Positions 28,585-38,418 of a DNA stretch of 52,382 nt are shown here, in pieces (within the stretch, counting starts at the first letter, position 1; every line of letters starts with the position of its first letter). Location of the stretch: contig JBHLLO010000015.1 in NCBI GenBank assembly GCA_048885535.1, forward strand, positions 1 through 52,382, written 5' to 3'. Both the position numbers and the translations under genes were made by a program. This stretch comes from Candidatus Hermodarchaeota archaeon (GTDB lineage Archaea > Asgardarchaeota > Lokiarchaeia > Sigyniarchaeales > SOKP01). The notes beneath the pieces were generated by a model. It was not told where the DNA came from, ran no database searches, and saw nothing but the letters and a program-made list of their open reading frames with translations.

Positions 28585-28804
28585 GGAGTTCTAAATATTT
28601 ATTATTTTCTATTTTTAATTTTTAAGCTAAATCTTTTTTCCTTTCAGAAAGAGATGATCATAGTTTATAAGTAATAATCAGTTAATCTGGATAATTGCAG
28701 TTAGTTGGTAAAGCTTAAAAACAGGTAAATTAGTAAAGTATAAATGAACACTTTGGTTACTTTTATCTTAAAATTCATAAATAAATTTAAGTGGCTTAGA
28801 TAAT

Positions 28805-28993
28805 ATGAGCAAAGGAAGAAATTCTCTATTTATATTGATAATCATCTTCAGTATTCCTACATTTATTATTTGGCCCTACGTTAATGCCTATTCAGCATGA
28901 GGGCAACCAATGACATTTTTCGATATGATCTATGGTGCGTTATGTATTATTGACGCTTTTTTACTAGTGATGTACGCTCTTCAGAGCAGGTAA
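28805..28993 (+). CDS. Putative small two-TM membrane selenoprotein (62 aa; in-frame TGA = Sec32)
   Basis: MSKGRNSLFILIIIFSIPTFIIWPYVNAYSA-TGA(28898-28900)-GQPMTFFDMIYGALCIIDAFLLVMYALQSR-TAA-TGA; SECIS-like element starts 10 nt after the stop. Confidence 0.65.
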
Positions 28994-29003
28994 TGAATAA
29001 TAT

Positions 29004-29063
29004 ATAAGCCGAAAATGCCTATGAGGAAATGCTAGTCATAGGATGATTATCCCCGCAAGGGAT
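29004..29063 (+). promoter_or_regulatory. SECIS-like element, copy 3
   Basis: ATAA-GCC-GA-AAATG-CCTATGA-GGAAATGCTAG-TCATAGG-AT-GA-TTAT-CCC-CGCAA-GGG: same loop consensus, 3' spacing and trailing hairpin as copy 1, with different stem sequence. Confidence 0.65.
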
Positions 29064-29246
29064 TCGGAGATTATTTTTAAAATGTAGAACCAAGAAACAA
29101 AGAATTATGCCATGGATTTAGGGGATTTAAGTATTCAACATTTTCTATATTTTCTTTTAAAGCTATTAATCCTATTCTCCTTTAATAAGTAGAATTGTAT
29201 AAAAATTAATAAACGACTTTAAAAATTAACCTTCTCTAATAATTTA

Positions 29247-30632
29247 GTGAAGAAGTATATGAAAATAAAATCAAAAATATTAATCTCATTAATAACCCTA
29301 GGGATTGTACTTTCACCTTTCATTTCAGGGTATATGAATCTGAACGTAGAACCTATTTCTCAAAATTCAAAATCTAACTATGATAACTTTATTGGTTATA
29401 ACTTTTTGAAAGTCTCAGCAACTTCGGGGAAAATTCATATTAACAATAACTGGACAGCTACAGAGAGCGCTGGAATATGTACAGGAAATGGTTCTTATAT
29501 CGATCCTTATATTATAGAAGATATAATAATTGATGGTGGAGACTCAGGAAGTTGTATATTAATTGAAAATTCCAGAGTTTTCTTTAAAATAGAAAACTGT
29601 ACACTTTATCATTCTGGAGAAACCTATTACAATGTTGGAATCACATTGTCTAATGTCACTAATTCCCAATTAATAAATAACAATGTTTCATTAAACAATG
29701 ATGCTATAAAGTTATATAATAGTCATTATAATTATATTTCGGGCAATATTATAACTGATAACGGCTTTGGTATAATATTAGAGGAAAGTAGTAATAATTT
29801 CTTCTTAGGAAATACAGCTAATAATAATAGTGTGGGAATATATATAGAAAATGGTTATAATTGTACCATTTTGGGAAATTCAATAAACAATAATTCTAGA
29901 TATGGGATTTATTTAAGATGGAGTAATTACAACATTGTTTCAGAGAATACTGTAAATAATAATTCTATTTTTGGGATTTATTTTAGAGAAAGTTATTATG
30001 ATAACATTTCAAGAAATACCGCTAATTACAATATTATATACGGGATTTATCTAAGAGGGTGTTACTATGATTTAATTACAGAGAATACTGCAAATTACAA
30101 TTCAGAACATGGTATATTCTTAGAAAATAGTGTTAGTAGCGAAATTACAGGAAATATAGCAAACTACAACTCTTTTTGGGGAATAGGGGTTTCTTCTGGC
30201 AATAATAATAGCTTTCAAGAAAATTACGCTTATAACAACGATATAGGATTATATTTACAATTTCAGAATACCAATAATATTTCACAGAACTATGCAAATA
30301 ATAATCATAGATATGGGATGCATTTTTTCTTTAGTGATTCAAACGTAATCTCAGGAAATATTGCCAATATCAATAGATATGGGATTTTTTTACAAAGGAG
30401 TGATAATAATATTGTATCAGGAAATACTCTAATAGGAAATATTGAATGCATCTTTGAAGACGAATGTCAAAGAAATTATTTTAGTGATAATGGGGCTTGT
30501 AACTATGGTGAAGGCGAAGAAGGTGGAAATCCTGTCGAAATTTTTATTTATATTTTGAATATTGGTATAGTAGTATTAACAAGTGTAATAATTATCATTT
30601 TCTTTATCTCTAAAAAAAAAAAAATTACATAA
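29247..30632 (+). CDS. NosD/pectin-lyase-like parallel beta-helix surface protein with C-terminal TM anchor
   Basis: Repeated N..GIYL..S..N.I..N units; signal peptide; C-terminal TM followed by KKKK. Confidence 0.88.
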   Translation: MKKYMKIKSKILISLITLGIVLSPFISGYMNLNVEPISQNSKSNYDNFIGYNFLKVSATSGKIHINNNWTATESAGICTGNGSYIDPYIIEDIIIDGGDSGSCILIENSRVFFKIENCTLYHSGETYYNVGITLSNVTNSQLINNNVSLNNDAIKLYNSHYNYISGNIITDNGFGIILEESSNNFFLGNTANNNSVGIYIENGYNCTILGNSINNNSRYGIYLRWSNYNIVSENTVNNNSIFGIYFRESYYDNISRNTANYNIIYGIYLRGCYYDLITENTANYNSEHGIFLENSVSSEITGNIANYNSFWGIGVSSGNNNSFQENYAYNNDIGLYLQFQNTNNISQNYANNNHRYGMHFFFSDSNVISGNIANINRYGIFLQRSDNNIVSGNTLIGNIECIFEDECQRNYFSDNGACNYGEGEEGGNPVEIFIYILNIGIVVLTSVIIIIFFISKKKKIT

Positions 30633-30687
30633 GGTTGTTTGTTTCAGAGTTTTAAAATAAAATTTGAAGAGATAGTTTACTTTAAAT

Positions 30688-31518
30688 TCAACCACGATCT
30701 GGTCCAGCAATAGCAATCACTCCATTTGATTGATTAAAGCTTTTTCCATAAATCATCCTAATTGAAAAAAAATACTCACTAAGTTTAAGATTAGATGCTA
30801 ATCTTAGAGCTATTTGATTTTTTTCAAGTATTCCAATACGAATACTTTTATAATCAACATTGTTAATCAAATTTTGTAGAAGTAGTTGAGGTTCCAGCTC
30901 TTTAGGATCTACAACCCATGGTCCAACCAGTATATGATCCTTTTTTGGAATACCCATTATATAACCCTTCAATTTATCTTTTCGTTTCAAAACATAGCAT
31001 AACTTTGGATGGCGTGAAAATCTCCTTTTTAAAAGGGTTAGTCTACTTCCTCCAAAATGTAATTGGTCCAGCTTTGTCACATATGGTAAATCTTTTTGGC
31101 ACATTAATTGTAATTGAACAATTGGTTTTTGGTTTATCTCTCCTTCTAGTCTGAGTGAACGGCAAACCGGCTTAAAATTGAAGTTTTCATATAGAAAACA
31201 CATTTCTGGAACAGAATCTAGCATTATAGTCTTAACTCCTAAGGATAATAGGTAATTAATTGCGTGTTTTATAAGATTACCACCTTTACCTTGATTTCTG
31301 AATTCTTCTAATACTATTAAATTCCCTATAAATCCAAATGTACCATAATAAGTTGCTGAGATAATTCCTTCAAGAGTTCCGTTAGAATCTGATATAAAGA
31401 ATCCTTTGGGGGAGAATAAGAAAAGTTCTTCTAATTGTTCTTTAGATGTACCCCATCCCTCAATTTCTGTGAGGTAATAAGCGAAATCTAATTCATCTCG
31501 TAAAATATTTCTAATCAT
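30688..31518 (-). CDS. GNAT family N-acetyltransferase (two-domain)
   Basis: FIGNLIVLEEFRNQGKGGNLIKHAI acetyl-CoA motif; LYENFNF; second domain with VGPW. Confidence 0.88.
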   Translation of the reverse strand: MIRNILRDELDFAYYLTEIEGWGTSKEQLEELFLFSPKGFFISDSNGTLEGIISATYYGTFGFIGNLIVLEEFRNQGKGGNLIKHAINYLLSLGVKTIMLDSVPEMCFLYENFNFKPVCRSLRLEGEINQKPIVQLQLMCQKDLPYVTKLDQLHFGGSRLTLLKRRFSRHPKLCYVLKRKDKLKGYIMGIPKKDHILVGPWVVDPKELEPQLLLQNLINNVDYKSIRIGILEKNQIALRLASNLKLSEYFFSIRMIYGKSFNQSNGVIAIAGPDRG

Positions 31519-31579
31519 TTTTTAATAAAGTCTATTTAATAGGATTTTAGAAGGAAAAAATGTAAAACTGTTAGCCAAA

Positions 31580-33154
31580 TCACATATAATTAATTATTAT
31601 ATTATATTTTTTTATATCTGATTCTACTTTTGCTTTTCCTAATGGCGTTAATGTAATTATATCATTATTTCTTATTTTTAGCGAGGTTAATTTAATGTTA
31701 GGATCTTTCATTGAAGGGATATAAGGATTCCAATATATTTCTTTTGAAGCAGGGTTAGTAATCATCCAAAGGATAGGCTCTAGGTTGTAACCAATTATTC
31801 TTAAAGCTTTAAAAATATATCCAATGTCTGCATCAAAAGGGATAACAATTTTTATGTTCTCCTCACCTTCGATTTTACCACAAGCTAAACAATCTTCTCT
31901 TCTTACAATATCAAGATGATCAAATTGACCATATACTCCATTATAGTTAATATAGGGAGGATTCATGGGCGGACCAACATTTCTACCGTGTAGTCTAAAT
32001 AACATCTTTAGAGCTTCTTGGGATTGAATACTTGCTATAACTGAGCTTACTGACTGAATAGCTGCAATTTTATTTCCTAGTATATTTTCCATTTCTTCAA
32101 ATTTATAATCTGGACCGAAAGTCTCATAAATATTATCCTTCCACTCTTGAATCTCCTCAGCATTTAAAGACTCAAGTTTTTCTGGAGGGACATTTTCATT
32201 AAAGACACGTTCTCTTAATTTGTCAAGTTCTTCCATTGCTAATTCTTTTAGCTTTATCACATCCTCATCCATATTCATATCAGGTTTGAAACCATATTTT
32301 TTTTCAAAATCAACCTCCGCTTTTATTACGCAATGGTTCCGATTCCTAGGTAACCCTTTTAAGGTGCAAGCAGCTATCAGTTTATCATCAGCAGGGGGGA
32401 TTGGTACGAGGCATCTGTAGCAAGGAGTTAGATTTAAGAGATTTATAGCATATTTTGTATCAAAATCTATCTCAACTTGTTTTCGAATTTGTTCTCTAAT
32501 AGGTTCAATTTTATTTTGTTTTATTCTTTCAATTTTCTGTTCTAAATCCTCTATTTCTCTTAAAATTTCTTGATATTCCGGAGTCTCAAGTTCCCACATC
32601 TTTCTATCAACAATACTCTCAATTTCAATATTTCTATCTTTATACTCAATTCCAGAACCTTCAGGGATAATAATTTGAACATGACCTTCAAACCCTACTG
32701 TACCACCTTCGATAAGAGGTTTTTTTAATCTCAAACAAATTTTATTTAAATCTAACCTTGCGTTAAAATTATCTAAAGCAGCAATAACAACGTCTGATTC
32801 TTCGTATACTGACATAGGCAATTTTTGGAGCTTTTCAAAATAAAATTCAACTTCCATATACTTATTCATCTCTTTTAAACGCTCAACTGCAACTTCTGCC
32901 TTAGGGCGTCCTTCATCTCCAGGTCTAAATAACATTTGTCTAGATAAATTAGAGGTTTCAACAGTATCTAGATCTACAAGGATTAATTTTCCAATGCCCA
33001 TTAAAGCAAAGTCTTTAGCTATTTCACATCCAAGTGCACCGACACCCACGATCATCAAACATGAATTCTCAAGAGTTTCTTGATCCCAACCGTCGATTAA
33101 TTGTTGCCTTGCATACATACGAGATTTTAAAACATCCTCTTTATTTTCCGTCAT
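31580..33154 (-). CDS. Ubiquitin-activating enzyme E1-like (ThiF/UBA family) with catalytic Cys domain and C-terminal ubiquitin-fold-like domain
   Basis: IVGVGALGCEI, DLDTVETSNLSRQMLF, ALDNFNAR, PCYRC, ACTLKGLPRNRNHCV, CLAC. Confidence 0.92.
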   Translation of the reverse strand: MTENKEDVLKSRMYARQQLIDGWDQETLENSCLMIVGVGALGCEIAKDFALMGIGKLILVDLDTVETSNLSRQMLFRPGDEGRPKAEVAVERLKEMNKYMEVEFYFEKLQKLPMSVYEESDVVIAALDNFNARLDLNKICLRLKKPLIEGGTVGFEGHVQIIIPEGSGIEYKDRNIEIESIVDRKMWELETPEYQEILREIEDLEQKIERIKQNKIEPIREQIRKQVEIDFDTKYAINLLNLTPCYRCLVPIPPADDKLIAACTLKGLPRNRNHCVIKAEVDFEKKYGFKPDMNMDEDVIKLKELAMEELDKLRERVFNENVPPEKLESLNAEEIQEWKDNIYETFGPDYKFEEMENILGNKIAAIQSVSSVIASIQSQEALKMLFRLHGRNVGPPMNPPYINYNGVYGQFDHLDIVRREDCLACGKIEGEENIKIVIPFDADIGYIFKALRIIGYNLEPILWMITNPASKEIYWNPYIPSMKDPNIKLTSLKIRNNDIITLTPLGKAKVESDIKKYNIIINYM

Positions 33155-33331
33155 TTTAAAATGGCAATTTTTAATTAACTTATGAATATATTAACTAATC
33201 AAAAGAATATAAATTCTTTCAGTATTTGATATGGAAAAACATTGAGAGATAAGATTATTAAATTATAATAGTCATTGGAAAATGAAATAATAAATATCAA
33301 TAACAAGATGATTATACATTAAAAGATGGAT

Positions 33332-36300
33332 TCACTTATCTCCTTTTTTAGATATACCCTTTAACATTTTTTTTATTTCATCAGCTTTTTCCTTATCTTT
33401 TGCTAATTGCGCTTCTTCTTCTTTCTTATCAGCAGCTTCTTTGGATCTATTGATTTCCTCCATGAGTTCTTGTTTCAATTTAATTAATTTTGCCATATCC
33501 TTTCTAAAGGACTTGGCTTCTTTTTTCACTAAAGCTTTTTCTTTTTTCAATTTTAATTTCAATTGTTTATCTTGTTCTTTAACTAATTGTGATACTTCCC
33601 CTGCCATATCACTAACTTTACCTATAGTTTCTTGTAATCTTTTCTCTTCTTCTAGAAATCGAAGATTCTCTAATTGCTTTTTACTTGTCAAATCCTCATA
33701 AATCTCTTGTATTTTTGCATTATCTTCTTTTACCTTTTTTTGAAGTAATTTAGTATTTTCAATTTCCTTATTAATAAATTTTGCTTGTTCTGTCCAACCA
33801 ATTTCATTAAATTTCATTAGCGCTTTTTCAAAATTTAAATAAGCACCTTCAAAATCATGATGTATTGCTAAACGCTTTCCTTCATCTATAAGCTTCAAAG
33901 CTTCTTGTTTAATTTGATCAGATTGCTCTCTTTGCTGTATCAGTTGTCTCATCTTGTTCTCTTGTTCCCTTTTTCTTCTTAAATATTCTTCACGTCTCGC
34001 TCTTATCTCTTCTTGGAATTTTTCATACTCCCTTTGCCGCTGAATGCGAACTTGCTCTTCTAATTTTTTCTTTTCAATAAACTTTTTCTTTTCTTCTTCT
34101 AAATCTTTGATTAAGATATTCAGATTATTAATTTCTGGTTCCCAGCCAATCGTTTCAGTTAAAATTTCTCTTGCTTGTATATATAAAGAAATTGCTCTAT
34201 CATAATCTGGCTGTGTTTTTTTAAGGTATGTTCCTGCTTTTTCCAAGAGATTAAAAGCAGCTTCCCTATGACTAAGCTGCTCTTGTACCAATCTTTCTTT
34301 TTCTTCAAGTGCTTGTTTTTGCGCTAATTCTTTATCTCTTTCATACTTTCTCCTATCTTCTATTAATGCTCTTAATTTCTTCTCTTCTTCAATCTCCTCT
34401 AACTTCTTTTTTAGTTTTAATTGTTCCTCTTCCATCTTCTTTTTCTTAAGCTCCTCAACCTTAAATAACATCTGTGTAATGGAATCAGTAGGAAATTTGA
34501 TTTCATTTAAAATTAACATAGCTTTCCTATAATACTTAATTGCATCTTCATAATTCTTATTTATTACAGAAACTTCAGCATCATCTAAAATTCCAAAGGC
34601 TTCTTCCTTCTTCATTTCAGCTTCAGCTCTAACCTTTTCTAATTTTTGGATTTTAACTTCTTTTGTCTTTAACCTTTCTTTTTCTTTATTAATTTGTTCA
34701 GCTAACTTTTTATTAAATTCTTGTTCAGCCTTTTCCTTTTGAATCTTGGATTCTAACTTTCTTTGTTTCTCTAGCTCTTGTTCTCTTTTCTTCTCTTTAA
34801 CTTTTAATATCATTTCTTTTAATGATTCGGTTGGGTATTGAATTTCATTAAGCATTAGTTCAGCACTATGGTAAAATTCAAGAGCTTTATTATATTGAGA
34901 TTTTTTCATAAAATCTTCAGCATATTCTAGAAGTTCAAAAGCATCTTCCTTTCTCTTTTCTACATATTCTTTATAACTTTCTCGTTTTATTAACTCAATT
35001 TGTTTTTGCCTTAATCTTTCAGTTTCAAATTTCATGCTTTCAACAATTTTCTGTTGGAAGAGCTTTTCTTCCTCTTGCTTTTTTAATTTTTGTTGGATTT
35101 CATTTTGTTTTGCTAATTCCTTTTCCCTCTTTTTTTGTTGAATCTTTAAGATTAATTCTTTAATAGAATCAGTTGGAAATTGCAGTTCATTAAGAACTAA
35201 CTCTGATTGATAATAGAGTTCAATAGCTTGATCATACAACCCCTGATTAAATAAACTTTCTGCTTTATCCATTAAAACAAAAACTTCTTTTTTAAGAGAT
35301 TCCATCTGTTTAAATAACTCTTCTTTCTTTTTAATCGCAATACTCTTTGCCCTCAGCCTTGCTCTTTCTTTCTCCATTTGATCCATAAGTTTCATTTCAA
35401 GCTTTTTCTCAGTTTCATACTGTTTTCTTAAGGTTTCCTTTTCTTTAATTTCCCTCCTCTGTTTCTCTTGCTTTTTATTGTCGATATCTAAAATCGTTTC
35501 TTCAATTAATTTTATATAACCTCCTATCCATCCAATATCTTTTAATAAATTCAAGGCTTGTTGGTAAAGCCCTAAAGCATTATTAAATTCTTCTTTTTTC
35601 AGCAAAACGTCAGCTTCTTCTATTAGATTAAACGCCTCTTCTTGTTTAGCGCGACTTTGAGTTGATAATTCCGTCTTTTTTGCAATTAATTCTTGATCTT
35701 TTTCCATTCTTCTATGTTCGATTTGTCTTTGAAGCTTTATTCCTTCAATGAATTTTCTATTTTCTATTTCTTTCTTAATAGCTTCCTCCATTCGCTTTTG
35801 ATTTATTAATTCCTTTTCTTTCCTCTTTTTTTCAATCTCTAGAATAGCGTTATGAATAATGGGGATTTCCTCTCTCCATTGAATTTGTGCAAAAATATTT
35901 GCCACCCTTCTATAAGTTTCAATGGCATCATTAAAATTTCCTAAAGAGAGAAGATTTTGTGCTTCTTCTATTAATTTAAAAGCTTCTCTACGTTTTTCTT
36001 CTCTAAATTCAACTTCTTTTTCTTTCTCTCTTAATTGCAGTGCTCTTTCTTTAAACTTCTCTTTTTGAGATTTTAATCTCTCTACAATCTGTATTTGAAA
36101 ATCTCTTTCCTTTTTCTCGTTCTCTAACTTTTCTTGTAATTCCTTTTGTTTATTAAGGTAAAATTCCCGTTTTTTGTTTTCAATTTCTATTATTACATTA
36201 CCTACAAATTCCACTTCATCATACCATTGGATTTCAGCGAAAATATTTGCTACTTCATGATATATTTCAATTGCTTTTTCAAAATTAGCTTCATTAGTAA

Positions 36301-37060
36301 AATTTTGAGCCTCATTCAATAACCTAAAGGCATATTCCTTCCTTTTTTGTCTATATTCTAACTCCTTCTCTTTTTCTCTTAATTTTATTTCTTTCTTTCT
36401 CAATCTTTCTCTTTCTAATCGTAATTGTGTGGAAATCTTCTCTTGAAATATTTCTTCTTCTTTTTGCCTTTTAATTTCGCTCTGAATATCTTGTTGTTGG
36501 TTTATCTCAAAATCTCTTTTCAATTTTTCTAATTCTTTAATTGATTCTTCAATCAAGGGTAATTCTTCATGCCATTGAATCCCAGCAAAGATATTACCTG
36601 CATTTTGATATGCTACAATAGCATTATCCAAATCCCTCATTCTTATATATTTTTGAGCTTCGTCTAAGGCTGTGAATGCCAATTCTCTCCTTTGTTCAAT
36701 ATATTCCAACTTATCTTGTTCTAACAAGGCATCTATTTCTTTTTGTTTTAACTTTTTACGTTCTTTATGTAAACTCTCTGAAATTTGTTGCTGAAATTTC
36801 AATTCTTCCTTTTGTTTCTCCTCCAATCTCTTCTGAGCCTTAAATTCTTTTTCATTTTGGGTAACTTTCAACTTTTTAACACTAGTGATTGTTGTTTTAA
36901 TCATTGGGATATATGATTCCCAACTTGGACCAAGATCTAAGAGTAATTCTAAAGCATTTTGATATTCTATAATTGCCTTATCAAAATCATGTTTATTTTG
37001 AAGAGCATCATCCGCTTTATCTAAGAAATTAAAAAATTCTTTTTCCTTTCCTAATTGCAA
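33332..37060 (-). CDS. C-terminal part of a giant MIT/TPR-like plus coiled-coil repeat protein
   Basis: Ten ~115-aa units (AF.LL..A......F..AI..Y..A...L..I.W) separated by E/K/Q coiled coils; frame stays open upstream to the A11 run. Confidence 0.85.
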   Translation of the reverse strand: MQLGKEKEFFNFLDKADDALQNKHDFDKAIIEYQNALELLLDLGPSWESYIPMIKTTITSVKKLKVTQNEKEFKAQKRLEEKQKEELKFQQQISESLHKERKKLKQKEIDALLEQDKLEYIEQRRELAFTALDEAQKYIRMRDLDNAIVAYQNAGNIFAGIQWHEELPLIEESIKELEKLKRDFEINQQQDIQSEIKRQKEEEIFQEKISTQLRLERERLRKKEIKLREKEKELEYRQKRKEYAFRLLNEAQNFTNEANFEKAIEIYHEVANIFAEIQWYDEVEFVGNVIIEIENKKREFYLNKQKELQEKLENEKKERDFQIQIVERLKSQKEKFKERALQLREKEKEVEFREEKRREAFKLIEEAQNLLSLGNFNDAIETYRRVANIFAQIQWREEIPIIHNAILEIEKKRKEKELINQKRMEEAIKKEIENRKFIEGIKLQRQIEHRRMEKDQELIAKKTELSTQSRAKQEEAFNLIEEADVLLKKEEFNNALGLYQQALNLLKDIGWIGGYIKLIEETILDIDNKKQEKQRREIKEKETLRKQYETEKKLEMKLMDQMEKERARLRAKSIAIKKKEELFKQMESLKKEVFVLMDKAESLFNQGLYDQAIELYYQSELVLNELQFPTDSIKELILKIQQKKREKELAKQNEIQQKLKKQEEEKLFQQKIVESMKFETERLRQKQIELIKRESYKEYVEKRKEDAFELLEYAEDFMKKSQYNKALEFYHSAELMLNEIQYPTESLKEMILKVKEKKREQELEKQRKLESKIQKEKAEQEFNKKLAEQINKEKERLKTKEVKIQKLEKVRAEAEMKKEEAFGILDDAEVSVINKNYEDAIKYYRKAMLILNEIKFPTDSITQMLFKVEELKKKKMEEEQLKLKKKLEEIEEEKKLRALIEDRRKYERDKELAQKQALEEKERLVQEQLSHREAAFNLLEKAGTYLKKTQPDYDRAISLYIQAREILTETIGWEPEINNLNILIKDLEEEKKKFIEKKKLEEQVRIQRQREYEKFQEEIRARREEYLRRKREQENKMRQLIQQREQSDQIKQEALKLIDEGKRLAIHHDFEGAYLNFEKALMKFNEIGWTEQAKFINKEIENTKLLQKKVKEDNAKIQEIYEDLTSKKQLENLRFLEEEKRLQETIGKVSDMAGEVSQLVKEQDKQLKLKLKKEKALVKKEAKSFRKDMAKLIKLKQELMEEINRSKEAADKKEEEAQLAKDKEKADEIKKMLKGISKKGDK

Positions 37061-37166
37061 TTTTCTTTTTGTTTCATACTGTTTACGTCGAACTTCTGCA
37101 TCTTTAGCAGATTGTATTATCTCCTCCCTTTCTTTGACATAAAAAGTATCTTGAATGTTTTTAATT

Positions 37167-38264
37167 TCATCTTCTCTTTTTTTTTTTCAAGTCTTCAAGG
37201 TTCTCTTCTGTCTTCTGTTTTTCCTTTACATCATTAATAAAATTAATAATTGGTTGTATGTAGGAATCCCATTCAATTGATCTAAAGAGTTCTATTGCTC
37301 TTTGAAATTTTTCAATCGCTTTATCATAATCCTTTTCTCGTTCTAACTTCTTAGCAAAATCAATTAAATTAAAAGCTTCAATTTGAATCTCTTCTTCACT
37401 TCTTTTTCTATCTTCGAACTCAATAATTTTACTGCTGTCTTGTAAATTTGAATCACCATAAAGATACCCTTTTTCTAACTGTGGTTGTGTTTTTAAATTT
37501 TCATAACTCTGTTTTTCATTTCTAAGTTTTTCGATTATAAATTGGATATTTTGTGTTTGATCTTTCCAACCAATAGAATTTAACAACTCAACCGCTTTTT
37601 CATAATTATGAATTGCTTCGTCGAAATTCCTATTTCTCTCATAGAATTTTGCATTATCAATAAAAGTAAATGCATCAGTTTGTATTTTCTCCTGCCTTGC
37701 TTTTTCTTGTCGATATTTTACTAATTGATTTGCTTTTTCAGCAGTCTTTCTTTCACCGAAAGCATCTACTATTTGAGGAGCAACTTGCAGATCTGACGGC
37801 AACTTAATAGGAATATCTTCTTGCCTTGTTACTTTAATTTGATCCTTATCTTTAAGATCAGCAACTTTCAATCTTAAATTTTGAAGCTGAGTTTCCGACC
37901 AACCAGCCTGAGCTAGTAATTCTATAGCAGAGTTATATCGTTCAATTGCACCTTGAAAGATTCCGTCAGATTCTAATTTATTTGCTCTATCTATTAATAC
38001 AAATGCTTGATCCTGCAATTTTTCAACTTGAGCGCTGAATTGTTCATGTTGTAATAATTTTTGTTCTTGGATAAAAGATTTTAACTCCTCTATTCTTTCA
38101 TATAATTCGCTAACCCGATCGATCATATATCCACTCTTTTTAAGATAATCGGCAGCTAATTGATAATTTTCAATAGCTTCCTCAGTTTTTCCTTCTTCCT
38201 CTAACTTCTGAGCTAAATCTAAGAATTTTAGAGCTTCTTGAGCTAAATAATCATTGCTTTGCAT
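37167..38264 (-). CDS. N-terminal part of the same MIT/TPR-like repeat protein (frameshifted at A11)
   Basis: Four units of the same repeat; ends KKKKRR-TGA directly after the T11 run at 37177-37187. Confidence 0.85.
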   Translation of the reverse strand: MQSNDYLAQEALKFLDLAQKLEEEGKTEEAIENYQLAADYLKKSGYMIDRVSELYERIEELKSFIQEQKLLQHEQFSAQVEKLQDQAFVLIDRANKLESDGIFQGAIERYNSAIELLAQAGWSETQLQNLRLKVADLKDKDQIKVTRQEDIPIKLPSDLQVAPQIVDAFGERKTAEKANQLVKYRQEKARQEKIQTDAFTFIDNAKFYERNRNFDEAIHNYEKAVELLNSIGWKDQTQNIQFIIEKLRNEKQSYENLKTQPQLEKGYLYGDSNLQDSSKIIEFEDRKRSEEEIQIEAFNLIDFAKKLEREKDYDKAIEKFQRAIELFRSIEWDSYIQPIINFINDVKEKQKTEENLEDLKKKKRR

Positions 38265-38418
38265 TTTGAAAAAACTTCCTCAAAATTATTATGAAATAGG
38301 AAATGTAATGATGAATAAAAACATAGTTCATCTTTATAATAAATAAAATCCTTTAATCAAATAAATTTTATATATTTAACTTAAATTTTATATCTTTAGC
38401 TTTTATTGAGATTCTGAC

